A stretch of 64,000 nt of DNA. Source: Cyanobacteriota bacterium. GTDB taxonomy: Bacteria; Cyanobacteriota; Cyanobacteriia; PCC-6307; Cyanobiaceae. The stretch spans positions 224,001 to 288,000 of the forward strand of contig JBJOMY010000003.1 of assembly GCA_046052125.1 (NCBI GenBank), read 5' to 3'. Under the pieces are notes generated by a model. It saw only the letters and a list, made by a program, of their open reading frames with translations, did no database searches and had not been told where the DNA came from. Shown piece by piece: positions 23,490 through 33,194 of the stretch; the stretch's first letter is position 1; each line of letters opens with the position of its first letter. The position numbers were made by a program, and so were the translations under genes.

Positions 23490-24563
23490 TCAGCGTTGGT
23501 AGCGGTAGTAGGCCGCGCAGGCTCCTTCGCTCGACACCATCGGCGCCCCCATGGGTGCATCGGGTGTGCAGCGGGTACCAAAGCTTGGGCAATCACTGGG
23601 CCGGAGCAGGCCCTGCAACACCAGACCACTCGGGCATGTTTCTGGCGTTGCGGCAGTGCTGCTGGCGCTCGTTCCTTGTGCTCGGTGTACCGCCAACCGA
23701 TCGAATGGCGCCCTCAGCTGATAACCGCCGGCTCGAATCAGGCCTAGCCCCCTCCAGCGCGTGTCCACAGGTTCAAACACCTCCCCCAACAGCCGCTGGG
23801 CGCCTGGATTGCCGCCGCTTCTCACCGCGTTGACGTAGGCGTTCTCCAGTTGATGTCGGCCACTCTCGAGTTGCCGAACACAGCGCAGGATTCCCTGCAG
23901 CAACTCCTCCGCTGTGAAGCCGGTGATCACCACCGGCCGCTGATGCTTCTGCACCAGGGTCTTGAGTTCAGCGTCTCCCAGCACCGTGCACACGTGGCCG
24001 GCCGCTAACACCCCTTCCACGGCGCAGGCGGGATCGCTCAACAGCTGATCCAACACTGGGGCGACTCGCACATGGGCCACCAGCAGCTGCAGGTTGGACA
24101 ACCCTGCTGTTAAGGCCTGCTGTGCCAGAAGGGCTGTGGCTGGTGCGGTGGTTTCAAAGCCAACGGCGAAGAACACCACATGGCGGCCGGGATGTTGCCG
24201 GGCCAGGGTCAGCACATCCAACGGCGCGTAGACGATCCGCACATCTGCACCGACGGCGCGCAGGCTCAGCAGATCGCTGCCGGTGCTGCCAGGTACCCGC
24301 AGCATGTCGCCATAGGTGCACAGGATCACCCGTGGATCTTGCGCCAGAGCCAGGGCCTGGTCGATGCGCTCAAGAGCTGTGACGCACACCGGGCAGCCGG
24401 GGCCGTGGATCAGGGTGATCGCTTCAGGAAGGAGCTGATCGATGCCATGGCGCAACAGGGCGTGGGTTTGGCCGCCGCACACCTCCATCAGCGTCCAGGG
24501 CCGGCTGCACTCGGCATGGATCTGCTGGAGCAGCTCGCTGGCGGTGGTGTTCGCGCTGCTCAT
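23490..24563 (-). CDS. hypD: Hydrogenase maturation protein HypD
   Basis: MEVCGGQTH, HGPGCPVC, GFETT, CPSFGTRCTP, MVSSEGACAAYY. Confidence 0.97.
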   Translation of the reverse strand: MSSANTTASELLQQIHAECSRPWTLMEVCGGQTHALLRHGIDQLLPEAITLIHGPGCPVCVTALERIDQALALAQDPRVILCTYGDMLRVPGSTGSDLLSLRAVGADVRIVYAPLDVLTLARQHPGRHVVFFAVGFETTAPATALLAQQALTAGLSNLQLLVAHVRVAPVLDQLLSDPACAVEGVLAAGHVCTVLGDAELKTLVQKHQRPVVITGFTAEELLQGILRCVRQLESGRHQLENAYVNAVRSGGNPGAQRLLGEVFEPVDTRWRGLGLIRAGGYQLRAPFDRLAVHRAQGTSASSTAATPETCPSGLVLQGLLRPSDCPSFGTRCTPDAPMGAPMVSSEGACAAYYRYQR

Positions 24564-25579
24564 GTCTCGGACAGCCAGGGCGTGCTGTAGCTGCTTAACG
24601 CCCTCAGGTACTGCGCGCGCTCAAAGGCTTCGGGGTTCGGGCAGCGCTGCTGGCTGAGGCTGCCCCGCAGGGTTTCCAACTCGTGAACGTCGTGCTCGAG
24701 CAGCCACTGCATCAGCTCAGCGTGCATGCGCTCCAGCTGTCCGGGCCCATGGCGCAGCAGGGCACTCACCACTTGCGTCACCTGGGCACCCACCATCAGC
24801 ATGCGCACCACATCGGCGCCTGTGCTGATGCCGGTGCTGGCGGCGAGCTCCAGATCCACCCGGCCGTGCAGCAATCCGATCCAGCGCAGTGGTAGCCGTT
24901 GTTCTCCGGCATGGCTGAGCTCCAGATGGCTGTCGGTCTCAAGGGTGTCGATGTTCACCTCCGGTTGCAGGAATCGGTTGAACAGCACCAGGGCTCCGGC
25001 ACCAGCCAGCTGCAGCTGGCGAGCCATGGATGCCAGGGCCGTGTACCAGGGGCTGAGTTTCACGGCCACAGGCAGGCGGGTTGCGCTGCACACCTGGCGA
25101 ACGATCGCGATCTGTTCGGCTTCCAGCTCGGCACTGCTGCGGTTGGTGTCGCTGGGCACGCTGTAGAGATTGAGTTCGATCGCTGCTGCTCCCGCCTGCT
25201 CGATGGCGACGGCCGCGGATTGCCAGTGAGCGGGATGGTTGCCATTGAGGCTGGCGATCACCGGAATCGATAGAGCCTTGCTGGCCCTTTGGACCTCTTC
25301 GAGGTAGCCATCGAGGCCCAGATGGTGTGGTGTATTGGCCGGGACGTAGCTGATGGCTTCCGCGTAGCTCTCGCTGCCGTGCTGTTGGTGGTGAAGCCAC
25401 TCCTGCCAGTCGCGCTCGATCTGCTCCAGAAACAGCGAGTGCAACACGACCGCTCCGGCTCCTTCTCGCTCCAGTTGCACCAGGCGCTCCAGATCGGTGC
25501 TGAGTGGAGCAGCCGCACCCACCACCAGCGGTGAAGGCAACTCCAGACCCAGATAGCGCGTGGCCAGGGAGATGGTCAT
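24560..25579 (-). CDS. Dihydroorotate-dehydrogenase-like FMN protein (nifJ-associated type)
   Basis: MTISLATRYLGLELPSPL, PVIASLNG, IELN, PVAVKLSP, LFNRF, GISTGADV, AFERAQY; start overlaps the nifJ stop. Confidence 0.88.
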   Translation of the reverse strand: MTISLATRYLGLELPSPLVVGAAAPLSTDLERLVQLEREGAGAVVLHSLFLEQIERDWQEWLHHQQHGSESYAEAISYVPANTPHHLGLDGYLEEVQRASKALSIPVIASLNGNHPAHWQSAAVAIEQAGAAAIELNLYSVPSDTNRSSAELEAEQIAIVRQVCSATRLPVAVKLSPWYTALASMARQLQLAGAGALVLFNRFLQPEVNIDTLETDSHLELSHAGEQRLPLRWIGLLHGRVDLELAASTGISTGADVVRMLMVGAQVTQVVSALLRHGPGQLERMHAELMQWLLEHDVHELETLRGSLSQQRCPNPEAFERAQYLRALSSYSTPWLSET

Positions 25580-28500
25580 GGGGCAGGCTCGCCGGCTTGA
25601 GCCAGGCGTTGGTAGAGATCCCAGCGCTGCTTGAGCTCCTGCTCCGCTTGGCGCGTGAGCATGCGCGCTTGCTCTGGATCGCTGTAGCGCAGCATCCGAA
25701 AACGGTTTTCGCTGGCCATCGCTTCGGCCAGGGGCACGCTGGGGCTGCGGGAGTCGATGCTCAGGGGCGGCAATCCAGCTGCGGCGCGGCGTGGGTCGTG
25801 GCGATAGAGCAACCAGCGGCCGGCATCCACTGCCTGCTTCTGCTGCGCCATGCCCTTGGCCATGTCGATGCCGTGGGCGATGCAATGGGAGTAGGCCAGG
25901 ATCAGCGAGGGGCCGGGGTACGACTCCGCTTCCAAGAAGGCTCGCAGCGTGTGCTCGTCGCGGGCGCCCATGGCCACGCTGGCCACATACACGTGGCCGT
26001 AGGTCATCGCCATCAAGCCGAGGTCCTTCTTGCCGGTGGTTTTGCCGCCGCTGGCGAACTTGGCAACTGCGCCCTTCGGCGTGGCCTTCGACATCTGTCC
26101 GCCGGTGTTGGAGTACACCTCCGTGTCGAGCACCAGCACATTCATGTCGTGGGTGCTGGCGAAGAGGTGATCGAGACCACCGAAGCCGATGTCGTAAGCC
26201 CAGCCATCGCCGCCCACGATCCACACACTGCGCTTCACCAGATCGTCGGCCAGATCCAGGAGTTCGCGTGCCAAGGGCGCATTGGGGTCAGGAGCGTCGC
26301 TTTGTTCCGTCAGAGCCTGCAGCGCCAGCTTCAGGGCGGTGACCCGTTCGCGTTGCTCATGGATGCCTGCTTCATCGATCTGCTCCGCCTCCAGTAGGCC
26401 TGTGATCAAAGTGCTCGGTAGCTGGCCTGCCAGGGCGCGCAGCAGCCGTTCGGCGCGGCGGCGGCGCTGATCGAAGGCCACTCGGAACCCCAACCCGAAT
26501 TCGGCGTTGTCTTCAAACAGCGAATTGCTCCAGGCGGGGCCGCGCCCCTCGCCATTGCTGCTCCAGGGAGTGGTGGGAAGGTTGCCGCCGTAGATCGACG
26601 AGCAGCCGGTGGCGTTGGCGATCACCATGCGATCGCCGAACAGCTGGCTGGCGAGCTTGAGGTAAGGCGTTTCGCCGCAGCCGGCGCAGGCGCCTGGGAA
26701 TTCGAACAGGGGCTGCTGCAGCTGTTGTTGGTTGATGTGCTGCAGGTTGAGGCTGCGGCGATCCAGCTCCGGCAAACCCAGGAAATAGGCCCAGTGCTCG
26801 CGGCTCTGCTCACGCAGGGGCCGCTGCGGTGCCATGTTCAGCGCCTTGCGCCGGGGCTCGCTGCGATCGCGGGCTGGGCAGACCTCCACACAGAGGTTGC
26901 AGCCGGTGCAGTCTTCCGCTGACACCTGGATCGTGAAGCTTTGGCCTCTCCAGTGGTGGTCGCGGGCCGGCGCCGTGCGGAAGCCAGGGGGTGCGGTTGC
27001 CAGCTGCTCTGGCTCAGCAACCTTGGCCCGGATCACGGCATGGGGACACACCATCACGCACTTGCCGCACTGCACGCAGAGATCGGGCTCCCACACCGGT
27101 ACCTGCTCGGCGATGTTGCGCTTCTCCCAGCGACTGGTTCCTGTGCTGAAGCTGCCATCACAGGGGATGGCGCTCACGGGGAGCTGATCGCCGCGGCGCT
27201 GCAGTTGGGGGAGCAGTAAGTCCTGCAACTCAGCGGGGGCGGCCGCCAGGCCAGCGGGGATGGGCAGCTCGCTCAGAGGTGCTTCCGCCATGAGCGGAGC
27301 GGCGTCGGCGGGGACTGTCAGTTCCTGCAGGCCACTGCGGGCTGCCTCCATGGCTGCGAGGTTCGCCGCCACCACCTGATCCCCCTTGCGCCCATAGCTC
27401 GTTTGGATCGCCGAGCGCATCGCCAGTAGCGCCTGCTCCAGCGGCATCAGGTCTGCCACGGCGAAAAAGGCCACCTGCATCACCGTGTTGATGCGTCCTC
27501 CCAGGCCGTGCTCGCGGGCGATCGAGGCGGCATCCACCACAAACACCCGCAGCCGCTTGCGCTGGATCAGCTGCTGCACTCGCTCTGGCAGCTGCGACCA
27601 ACACTGGTCCGCTGGCCAGGGTGCGTTGAGCAGCAGCGTTCCGCCTGGGGCAGCCAGCTCCAGGAGGTCGAATTGCTGGAGAAAGTCCCAGTGGTGACAG
27701 GCCAGGAGCTGGGCCTGCTGGATCAGGTGGCTGGCTTCAATCGGCCGCGGGCTAAACCGCAGGTGCGACACCGTGACCGAGCCGGCCTTCTTGGAGTCGT
27801 ACACGAAGTAGCCCTGGCCGTGGAGACCCGTGGCGTCGCCAACGATCTTGAGGGTGTGCTTGTTGGCACCCACCGTGCCGTCGGAACCCAGACCCACAAA
27901 CACCGCCCGCAGTGTGTCGGCCGTTTCGATCGCAAAGCCAGCGTCCACCGGCAGCGACAGTTGGGTGACGTCGTCGTGGATCCCCACCGTGAAGTGCCGG
28001 CGTGGCTGATCGGCGGCGAGGTTGTCGAACACCGCCTTCACCATCGCCGGTGTGAACTCCTTCGAGGCGATCCCGTAGCGGCCGCCCACCACCAGGGGCA
28101 TATCGGCCGTGGGCCAGTGTTCGCAGACGGCCGCCAGGACGTCGAGGTAGAGCGGTTCACCCTGGCTGCCCGGTTCCTTGCAGCGATCCAGCACGGCGAT
28201 CCGCCGGGTGCTCCGCGGCAGGGCCGCCACCAGGGCGTCCCCGGCCAAGGGGCGGAACAGCCGCACCTTCAGCACTCCCACCCGCTCGCCGGCTGCGAGT
28301 AGCGCCTCAGCTGTGGAGCAGGCGGTGCTGCAACCGCTCCCCATCAGCACGATCACCCGCTCAGCTTCAGGGTGCCCCTGGTAGTCGAACAGGTGATAAC
28401 GGCGACCGGTGAGTGCCGCGAACTGATCCATCGCCGCCTGCACATGGGCAGGCAGTGCGTTGTGGAAGGGGTTCACAGCTTCCCGGGCTTGGAAGGCCAC

Positions 28501-29172
28501 ATCCGGGTTCTGGCTGGTGCCCCGCAGCGCTGGATGATCGGGTGAAAGGCCCCGGGCCCGGTGGGCTGCCACCAGGGTCTCCGGCACCAGAGCCATCAGC
28601 ACCGCATCGCTGATCAGCTCCACCCGCTGGATTTCGTGGGAGGTGCGGAAGCCATCAAAGCTGTGCAGCAGCGGAAGCCGCCCCGCCAGGCTGGCGGCTG
28701 TGGCGATGGCGGCGAAGTCGCCGCACTCCTGCACCGACGCTGCGAACAGCATCCCCCAGCCGGTGCTGCGGGCCGCCATCACATCGCTGTGGTCGCCGAA
28801 GATCGAGAGGGCTGAGGTGGCCAGCGCCCGTGAGGCCACATGGATCACCGCGGCGGTGAGCTCTCCAGCAATCTTGTAGAGGTTGGGCAGCATCAACAGC
28901 AAGCCCTGCGATGCGGTGAAGGTGGTGGTGATGGCTCCGGCCTGAAGGGCGCCGTGCACCATGCCGGCGGCACCGCCCTCGCTCTGCATTTCCACCACCT
29001 GGGGCACCTGGCCCCAGAGATTGGGGCGCCCTTCACTGGCCCAGGCATCCGCCCATTCTCCCATCGGCGAGGCGGGGGTGATCGGGTAGATCGCCATCAC
29101 TTCGTTGAGCCGGTAGGCGACCCGCGCGGCCGCTTCGTTGCCATCGAGCCAGGCCAGCTCGCTGGTGCTCAT
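25576..29172 (-). CDS. nifJ: Pyruvate:ferredoxin/flavodoxin oxidoreductase (PFOR)
   Basis: DGNEAA, YPITP, EMQSEGGAAG, GLGSDGTVGANK, CVQCGKC and CTGCNLC ferredoxin motifs, GACAGCGET, GGDGWAYDIG. Confidence 0.98.
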   Translation of the reverse strand: MSTSELAWLDGNEAAARVAYRLNEVMAIYPITPASPMGEWADAWASEGRPNLWGQVPQVVEMQSEGGAAGMVHGALQAGAITTTFTASQGLLLMLPNLYKIAGELTAAVIHVASRALATSALSIFGDHSDVMAARSTGWGMLFAASVQECGDFAAIATAASLAGRLPLLHSFDGFRTSHEIQRVELISDAVLMALVPETLVAAHRARGLSPDHPALRGTSQNPDVAFQAREAVNPFHNALPAHVQAAMDQFAALTGRRYHLFDYQGHPEAERVIVLMGSGCSTACSTAEALLAAGERVGVLKVRLFRPLAGDALVAALPRSTRRIAVLDRCKEPGSQGEPLYLDVLAAVCEHWPTADMPLVVGGRYGIASKEFTPAMVKAVFDNLAADQPRRHFTVGIHDDVTQLSLPVDAGFAIETADTLRAVFVGLGSDGTVGANKHTLKIVGDATGLHGQGYFVYDSKKAGSVTVSHLRFSPRPIEASHLIQQAQLLACHHWDFLQQFDLLELAAPGGTLLLNAPWPADQCWSQLPERVQQLIQRKRLRVFVVDAASIAREHGLGGRINTVMQVAFFAVADLMPLEQALLAMRSAIQTSYGRKGDQVVAANLAAMEAARSGLQELTVPADAAPLMAEAPLSELPIPAGLAAAPAELQDLLLPQLQRRGDQLPVSAIPCDGSFSTGTSRWEKRNIAEQVPVWEPDLCVQCGKCVMVCPHAVIRAKVAEPEQLATAPPGFRTAPARDHHWRGQSFTIQVSAEDCTGCNLCVEVCPARDRSEPRRKALNMAPQRPLREQSREHWAYFLGLPELDRRSLNLQHINQQQLQQPLFEFPGACAGCGETPYLKLASQLFGDRMVIANATGCSSIYGGNLPTTPWSSNGEGRGPAWSNSLFEDNAEFGLGFRVAFDQRRRRAERLLRALAGQLPSTLITGLLEAEQIDEAGIHEQRERVTALKLALQALTEQSDAPDPNAPLARELLDLADDLVKRSVWIVGGDGWAYDIGFGGLDHLFASTHDMNVLVLDTEVYSNTGGQMSKATPKGAVAKFASGGKTTGKKDLGLMAMTYGHVYVASVAMGARDEHTLRAFLEAESYPGPSLILAYSHCIAHGIDMAKGMAQQKQAVDAGRWLLYRHDPRRAAAGLPPLSIDSRSPSVPLAEAMASENRFRMLRYSDPEQARMLTRQAEQELKQRWDLYQRLAQAGEPAP

Positions 29173-29360
29173 GGCTCCGGCTCCAGCACCGTGAGCGCCA
29201 CGCCCACATGCACCAGCAGCTGATCTCCCACCTGTGCCTCCGGCACGCAGGCCAGGCTCACCTGGCGCAGCACGCCGCCGAAGCACACCTCGCCCATGCG
29301 CCAGAGCGGATCGGCATGGTCGCTGATGCTCACCAGCTCACCGGCGACGGCCAGGCACAT
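29169..29360 (-). CDS. hypC: Hydrogenase chaperone HypC
   Basis: MCLAVAG N-terminus; VGDQLLVHVGVAL. Confidence 0.93.
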   Translation of the reverse strand: MCLAVAGELVSISDHADPLWRMGEVCFGGVLRQVSLACVPEAQVGDQLLVHVGVALTVLEPEP

Positions 29361-29379
29361 GGCGTGCAGCCTGCGGGGA

Positions 29380-31704
29380 TCACTGATTTATAGGCATGGT
29401 TTCAGCGGCGAGCAGCTGACCGATCGGCAGGGCGGCGTCGTTGCAGGGAAGTTGCTGCGGCCAGAGGGCCTGGCAGCCCTGCTGGCGCAGAGCCTGGATG
29501 CTGAGCTCCAGCAGCAGGGCGTTTTGAAAGCAACCACCCGCCAGCAAGAGGCGTTCAGCGCTTTGTGCGCTCGCCAGCGCCGCGATGGCATTGGCCAGGG
29601 CCTGGTGGAATCCAAGGGCGATCGACTCGGCAGGAATCTCAGCGGCCAGGGACTGAAGCAGTTGCTCCAGTAGCGGTTGCCAGTTCCATTGCCAGAGATG
29701 GCTTGGCCTGTGTTCCAGGGGGAGCTGCAGCTGGCAGGCGGGTGTCTGGTGCTCCAGGGCCTGCAGGGCTAGCGCTTCCAGGGCCATGGCGGCCTGGGCT
29801 TCGTAGCTGCAGCGCTGCACCACGTTGAGCAGGGCCGCGACGGCATCAAACAACCGGCCAACACTGGAGCAGAGCGGGCTGTTGAGCCCCTGCGCAACGC
29901 TCTGCTCCAGCACGGTGAGCTCCTCACTGCTGAAGGCCTGGCGCCAAGCCAAGCCGGGTAGCCCGCCGATGCGCTCGCGCCACTGAGCGCCAAAGGCTTC
30001 CAGCAACAGTCCAAGAGCGGCACGGCGCGGTTCCCGTTGGGCTCGTTCCCCGCCCGGTAGCGCCCATGGCCGCAACCGAGCGATGCGCTGGTAGCCGTTG
30101 GGATTGATCAGCAACGCTTCTCCGCCCCAGAGGCTGCCGTCGTCTCCCTGGCCGGAGCCATCCCAGGCCACACCGAGTGCCGTTGCGCTGAGCTGATGCT
30201 CGGCCATCACCGCCAGCAAGTGCGCATGGTGGTGCTGCACGGTCTGCAGCGGCAGATCGCTGCTGCCTGCCCACTCAGCGCCCCACTGGCTTGAGCTGTA
30301 GCCGCTGTGCTGGTCGCAGAGCAGACGGTTCACGTTCAACCCCTGGCGCCTCAGCCATTGCTGGCAGGTGTGCTGGTGGTGCAGGGCTCCGGCATGACTG
30401 CTCAGGTCGCCCAGGTCTGGGCTCAGCAGCCGGTGACTGGAGGTTTGCAGCGCCAGGCTTCCCTTGATCTGGGCTCCGAGAGCCAGGGCGCCGCAGGTGT
30501 CATGGCTGGCGCTGGGCAGGGCCAGTGGCGCCAGACCGCGACCCAGGCGTAGCACCAGCGGGCCGCCTCCAGCCCAGCGCAGCACGCTGTCGTCGATGCG
30601 GTTGGTGATCGCCAGGCTGTGGCCGAGCACGTGATCGGCCAGCGCTTCCAGCTGCTCCGCATCGGCCGTTGCATCACGGCAGATCGGCTCACCCGAGCGG
30701 TTGGCGCTGGTGGCCACCAGCACGCCGCCGCAGCGTTCTAGCAATAGTTGCTGCAGGCCGCTGCTGGGGCGCATCACGCCTAGCCATGGCGATGAGCCCG
30801 CCACGGCACTGGAGATCGCAGGATCGTCTGGGCTGCGGCGGCGCACCAACACGATCGGCGCCGCTCTTGAGTGCCATAGAGCCCGCTCTTCGTTGCTGAT
30901 CAGGCAGTGATGCTCGAGCCAATGGGCATCGGCCAACAACGCCAGTGGTTTGTGCGGCCGGCCCTTGCGTTGCCGCAACCGCAGGTTGGCTGCATCGTTG
31001 GCCGGATCCACCAGGAGTTGGAAGCCGCCCACACCCTTCAGGGCAACGATCGCTCCGGCCCGCAGAGCCGCGGCTGCTGCATCGAGGCCTTCCGCAACTG
31101 ACGTGGGTGATCCGTTCCAGAGCAGCTGCGGTCCGCAGGAAGGGCAGCTGATCGTTTGGGCGTGAAAACGCCGATCGCTGGGGTTGCTGTATTCCGCTTG
31201 GCAGGTTGGGCAGAGCGGCAGCGCCTTGAAGCTGGTGTGCTCCCGCTCGAATGGCACCTGCTCCACCACGCTGTAGCGGGGGCCGCAATCGGTGCAGCTG
31301 ATGAAGGGGTAGCCGTTCCGCCGGCTTTGAGGATCGGTGAGTTCGCTCAGGCAGGCGTCGCAGATCGCCAGATCAGGGCTCACCAGCGCAGTGCTGTTGG
31401 TATCCCGTTGCGGGGGCAGGATCTGCAGGCCGCCGCCGCTACCGCGGGCCTGGCTCCAGCTCAAGGCGTGTTCATCAATCCGCGCCTGCGTCGGTGGTTG
31501 GCTGAGAAGCTGCGCGGTGAAGGCTTCCAGCGCCGAGCGGCTGCCCTCCAACTCGAGGTGAACGCCGCTGCTGCTATTGGCCACGGTGCCGCTCACGCCA
31601 TGCACCGCGGCCAGGCGCACCACGTGGGGGCGCAGGCCCACCCCCTGCACCAGCCCCTGCAGGTGCAGGCTGAGGTGCTGCGGATGCTCAGCCGGTTTGG
31701 CCAT
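29380..31704 (-). CDS. hypF: Carbamoyltransferase HypF
   Basis: GLVQGVGLRP acylphosphatase-like domain; CxxC pairs; KGVGGFQL; TSANRSGEP; QHHHAH; PCNDAAL. Confidence 0.96.
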   Translation of the reverse strand: MAKPAEHPQHLSLHLQGLVQGVGLRPHVVRLAAVHGVSGTVANSSSGVHLELEGSRSALEAFTAQLLSQPPTQARIDEHALSWSQARGSGGGLQILPPQRDTNSTALVSPDLAICDACLSELTDPQSRRNGYPFISCTDCGPRYSVVEQVPFEREHTSFKALPLCPTCQAEYSNPSDRRFHAQTISCPSCGPQLLWNGSPTSVAEGLDAAAAALRAGAIVALKGVGGFQLLVDPANDAANLRLRQRKGRPHKPLALLADAHWLEHHCLISNEERALWHSRAAPIVLVRRRSPDDPAISSAVAGSSPWLGVMRPSSGLQQLLLERCGGVLVATSANRSGEPICRDATADAEQLEALADHVLGHSLAITNRIDDSVLRWAGGGPLVLRLGRGLAPLALPSASHDTCGALALGAQIKGSLALQTSSHRLLSPDLGDLSSHAGALHHQHTCQQWLRRQGLNVNRLLCDQHSGYSSSQWGAEWAGSSDLPLQTVQHHHAHLLAVMAEHQLSATALGVAWDGSGQGDDGSLWGGEALLINPNGYQRIARLRPWALPGGERAQREPRRAALGLLLEAFGAQWRERIGGLPGLAWRQAFSSEELTVLEQSVAQGLNSPLCSSVGRLFDAVAALLNVVQRCSYEAQAAMALEALALQALEHQTPACQLQLPLEHRPSHLWQWNWQPLLEQLLQSLAAEIPAESIALGFHQALANAIAALASAQSAERLLLAGGCFQNALLLELSIQALRQQGCQALWPQQLPCNDAALPIGQLLAAETMPINQ

Positions 31705-32389
31705 CGAGCCAGTCGATCAGTGCATCCATCCCGCTGCCGGTGCGGGCCGATAGCTCAAACAGCTCCGCCTGCGGAGCGATGGCACGCAGATTGGCGATCG
31801 CCCCCCGGCGATCGAAGACCACCGCCTCGGCGATGTCGGTTTTGTTGATCACCACGGCATCGGCGCTTTTGAACAGGGCCGGGTATTTGAGCGGTTTGTC
31901 TTCCCCTTCCGTGACCGACAGCACGGCGATGCGCCGCGCTTCTCCCAGATCGAAGGCGGCCGGGCACACCAGATTGCCCACGTTTTCAATCACCAGCAGG
32001 CTCATACCCGAGCAATCGAGCCGCTCGAAGGCTTGATGCACCAGGCCCGCATCGAGGTGGCAGAGATCGCCGGTGCGGATCTGAACGGCGCGGGCGCCAG
32101 CAGCTTGCAGCCGGAGGGCGTCGTTGTCGGTGGCGAGATCACCCACGATCACGCCAAGGGGTGGGCGCGACCAGCGACGGGCCAGCTGCTCCAGCAGAGC
32201 CGTTTTGCCGGATCCCGGTGCCGAGAGCAGGTTTACGGCCGTGAGGCCATGGGCTTGGAAATGGGCGCGGTTATGGGCGGCTTGGCTGTCGTTGCGGCTG
32301 AGCAGGCCTTGATGCAACTCGAGCCGCTGGTGCTCAGGCGCGGCATTGGGCGCTGTGGAGGGTTTGTCGCAGCCGCACACTCCGCACAC
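31688..32389 (-). CDS. hypB: Nickel-insertion GTPase HypB
   Basis: N-terminal CGVCGC; SAPGSGKT; CHLDA; ENVGNLVCPA; EGEDKPLKYP; NKTD. Confidence 0.97.
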   Translation of the reverse strand: MCGVCGCDKPSTAPNAAPEHQRLELHQGLLSRNDSQAAHNRAHFQAHGLTAVNLLSAPGSGKTALLEQLARRWSRPPLGVIVGDLATDNDALRLQAAGARAVQIRTGDLCHLDAGLVHQAFERLDCSGMSLLVIENVGNLVCPAAFDLGEARRIAVLSVTEGEDKPLKYPALFKSADAVVINKTDIAEAVVFDRRGAIANLRAIAPQAELFELSARTGSGMDALIDWLDGQTG

Positions 32390-32731
32390 CTACGACACCT
32401 CCAGGGCCACTAGCTCCAGTTCGCGGCCCTCCAACACCTGGTTGCTGAGCTGACCGCACTCGGGGCAGGCGTAGATCACATCCGCCGGGCTGAAGGGTTG
32501 TTCACAGTGTGGGCAGAAACAACGGGTTGGCACCACCTGCAGATCCAGCTCGGCGTGCTGCCAGGGAGCGGTTGAGGCCATAACGGCGAAGGCCTGGCGC
32601 AGCGCATCCGCATCCACACCGCCGAGCTCGCCGATGCGCAGCTCCAGTCGATGAATGTGCCGCGCACCCTGCTGCGCCGCTGCAGCGCTGGCGAGTGCGC
32701 AGAGCTCTTGGATCAGCGCCAGCTCATGCAT
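32390..32731 (-). CDS. hypA: Nickel metallochaperone HypA
   Basis: MHELAL N-terminus; CPHC...CPECG; GREL. Confidence 0.96.
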   Translation of the reverse strand: MHELALIQELCALASAAAAQQGARHIHRLELRIGELGGVDADALRQAFAVMASTAPWQHAELDLQVVPTRCFCPHCEQPFSPADVIYACPECGQLSNQVLEGRELELVALEVS

Positions 32732-33194
32732 GGCTCGCCCCCCAGGCCAGCACCAGCGGCAGGGCGGCAGAGCTGGTGCGATCTGCCGCAGGAGAGAGCC
32801 CCTCACCGATCTCCCACACCTGGCCGGGGATCAGCAATTCCCAGGCCGGCGGGCAGTGGCCATAAAGGGCGGAGGTGAGGGCCAGCAGTCGGGTGGGGCT
32901 GAGCCCATGGCTGAGGGGTTCCGCTCCGGCCTGGGCCACCTGTTCCGCCGCGATGGGTCGCAGGGATGGCGCTTCGCCGCCATCCTCACTGTCAGCGGTG
33001 CTGGCATCGATAAACAGCACAGCCCTAGCGGCGCCAACAGCGGCCGCCAGCTCCGGGGTGAGTTGCTGGCAGGCCAGCACGTGCATGGATGTGCGTTGGG
33101 CCTGCAGTTGCTCCGCAACCCAGAGGCCGGCGCCGTCGTCGCCGCGTAGACGGTTGCCAAAGCCGATCACCAGGGGAGAGGGCTTGGTCATCAC
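32724..33194 (-). CDS. hoxW: Hydrogenase maturation protease
   Basis: [31 protein letters not shown]; directly follows hoxH. Confidence 0.9.
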   Translation of the reverse strand: MMTKPSPLVIGFGNRLRGDDGAGLWVAEQLQAQRTSMHVLACQQLTPELAAAVGAARAVLFIDASTADSEDGGEAPSLRPIAAEQVAQAGAEPLSHGLSPTRLLALTSALYGHCPPAWELLIPGQVWEIGEGLSPAADRTSSAALPLVLAWGASHA

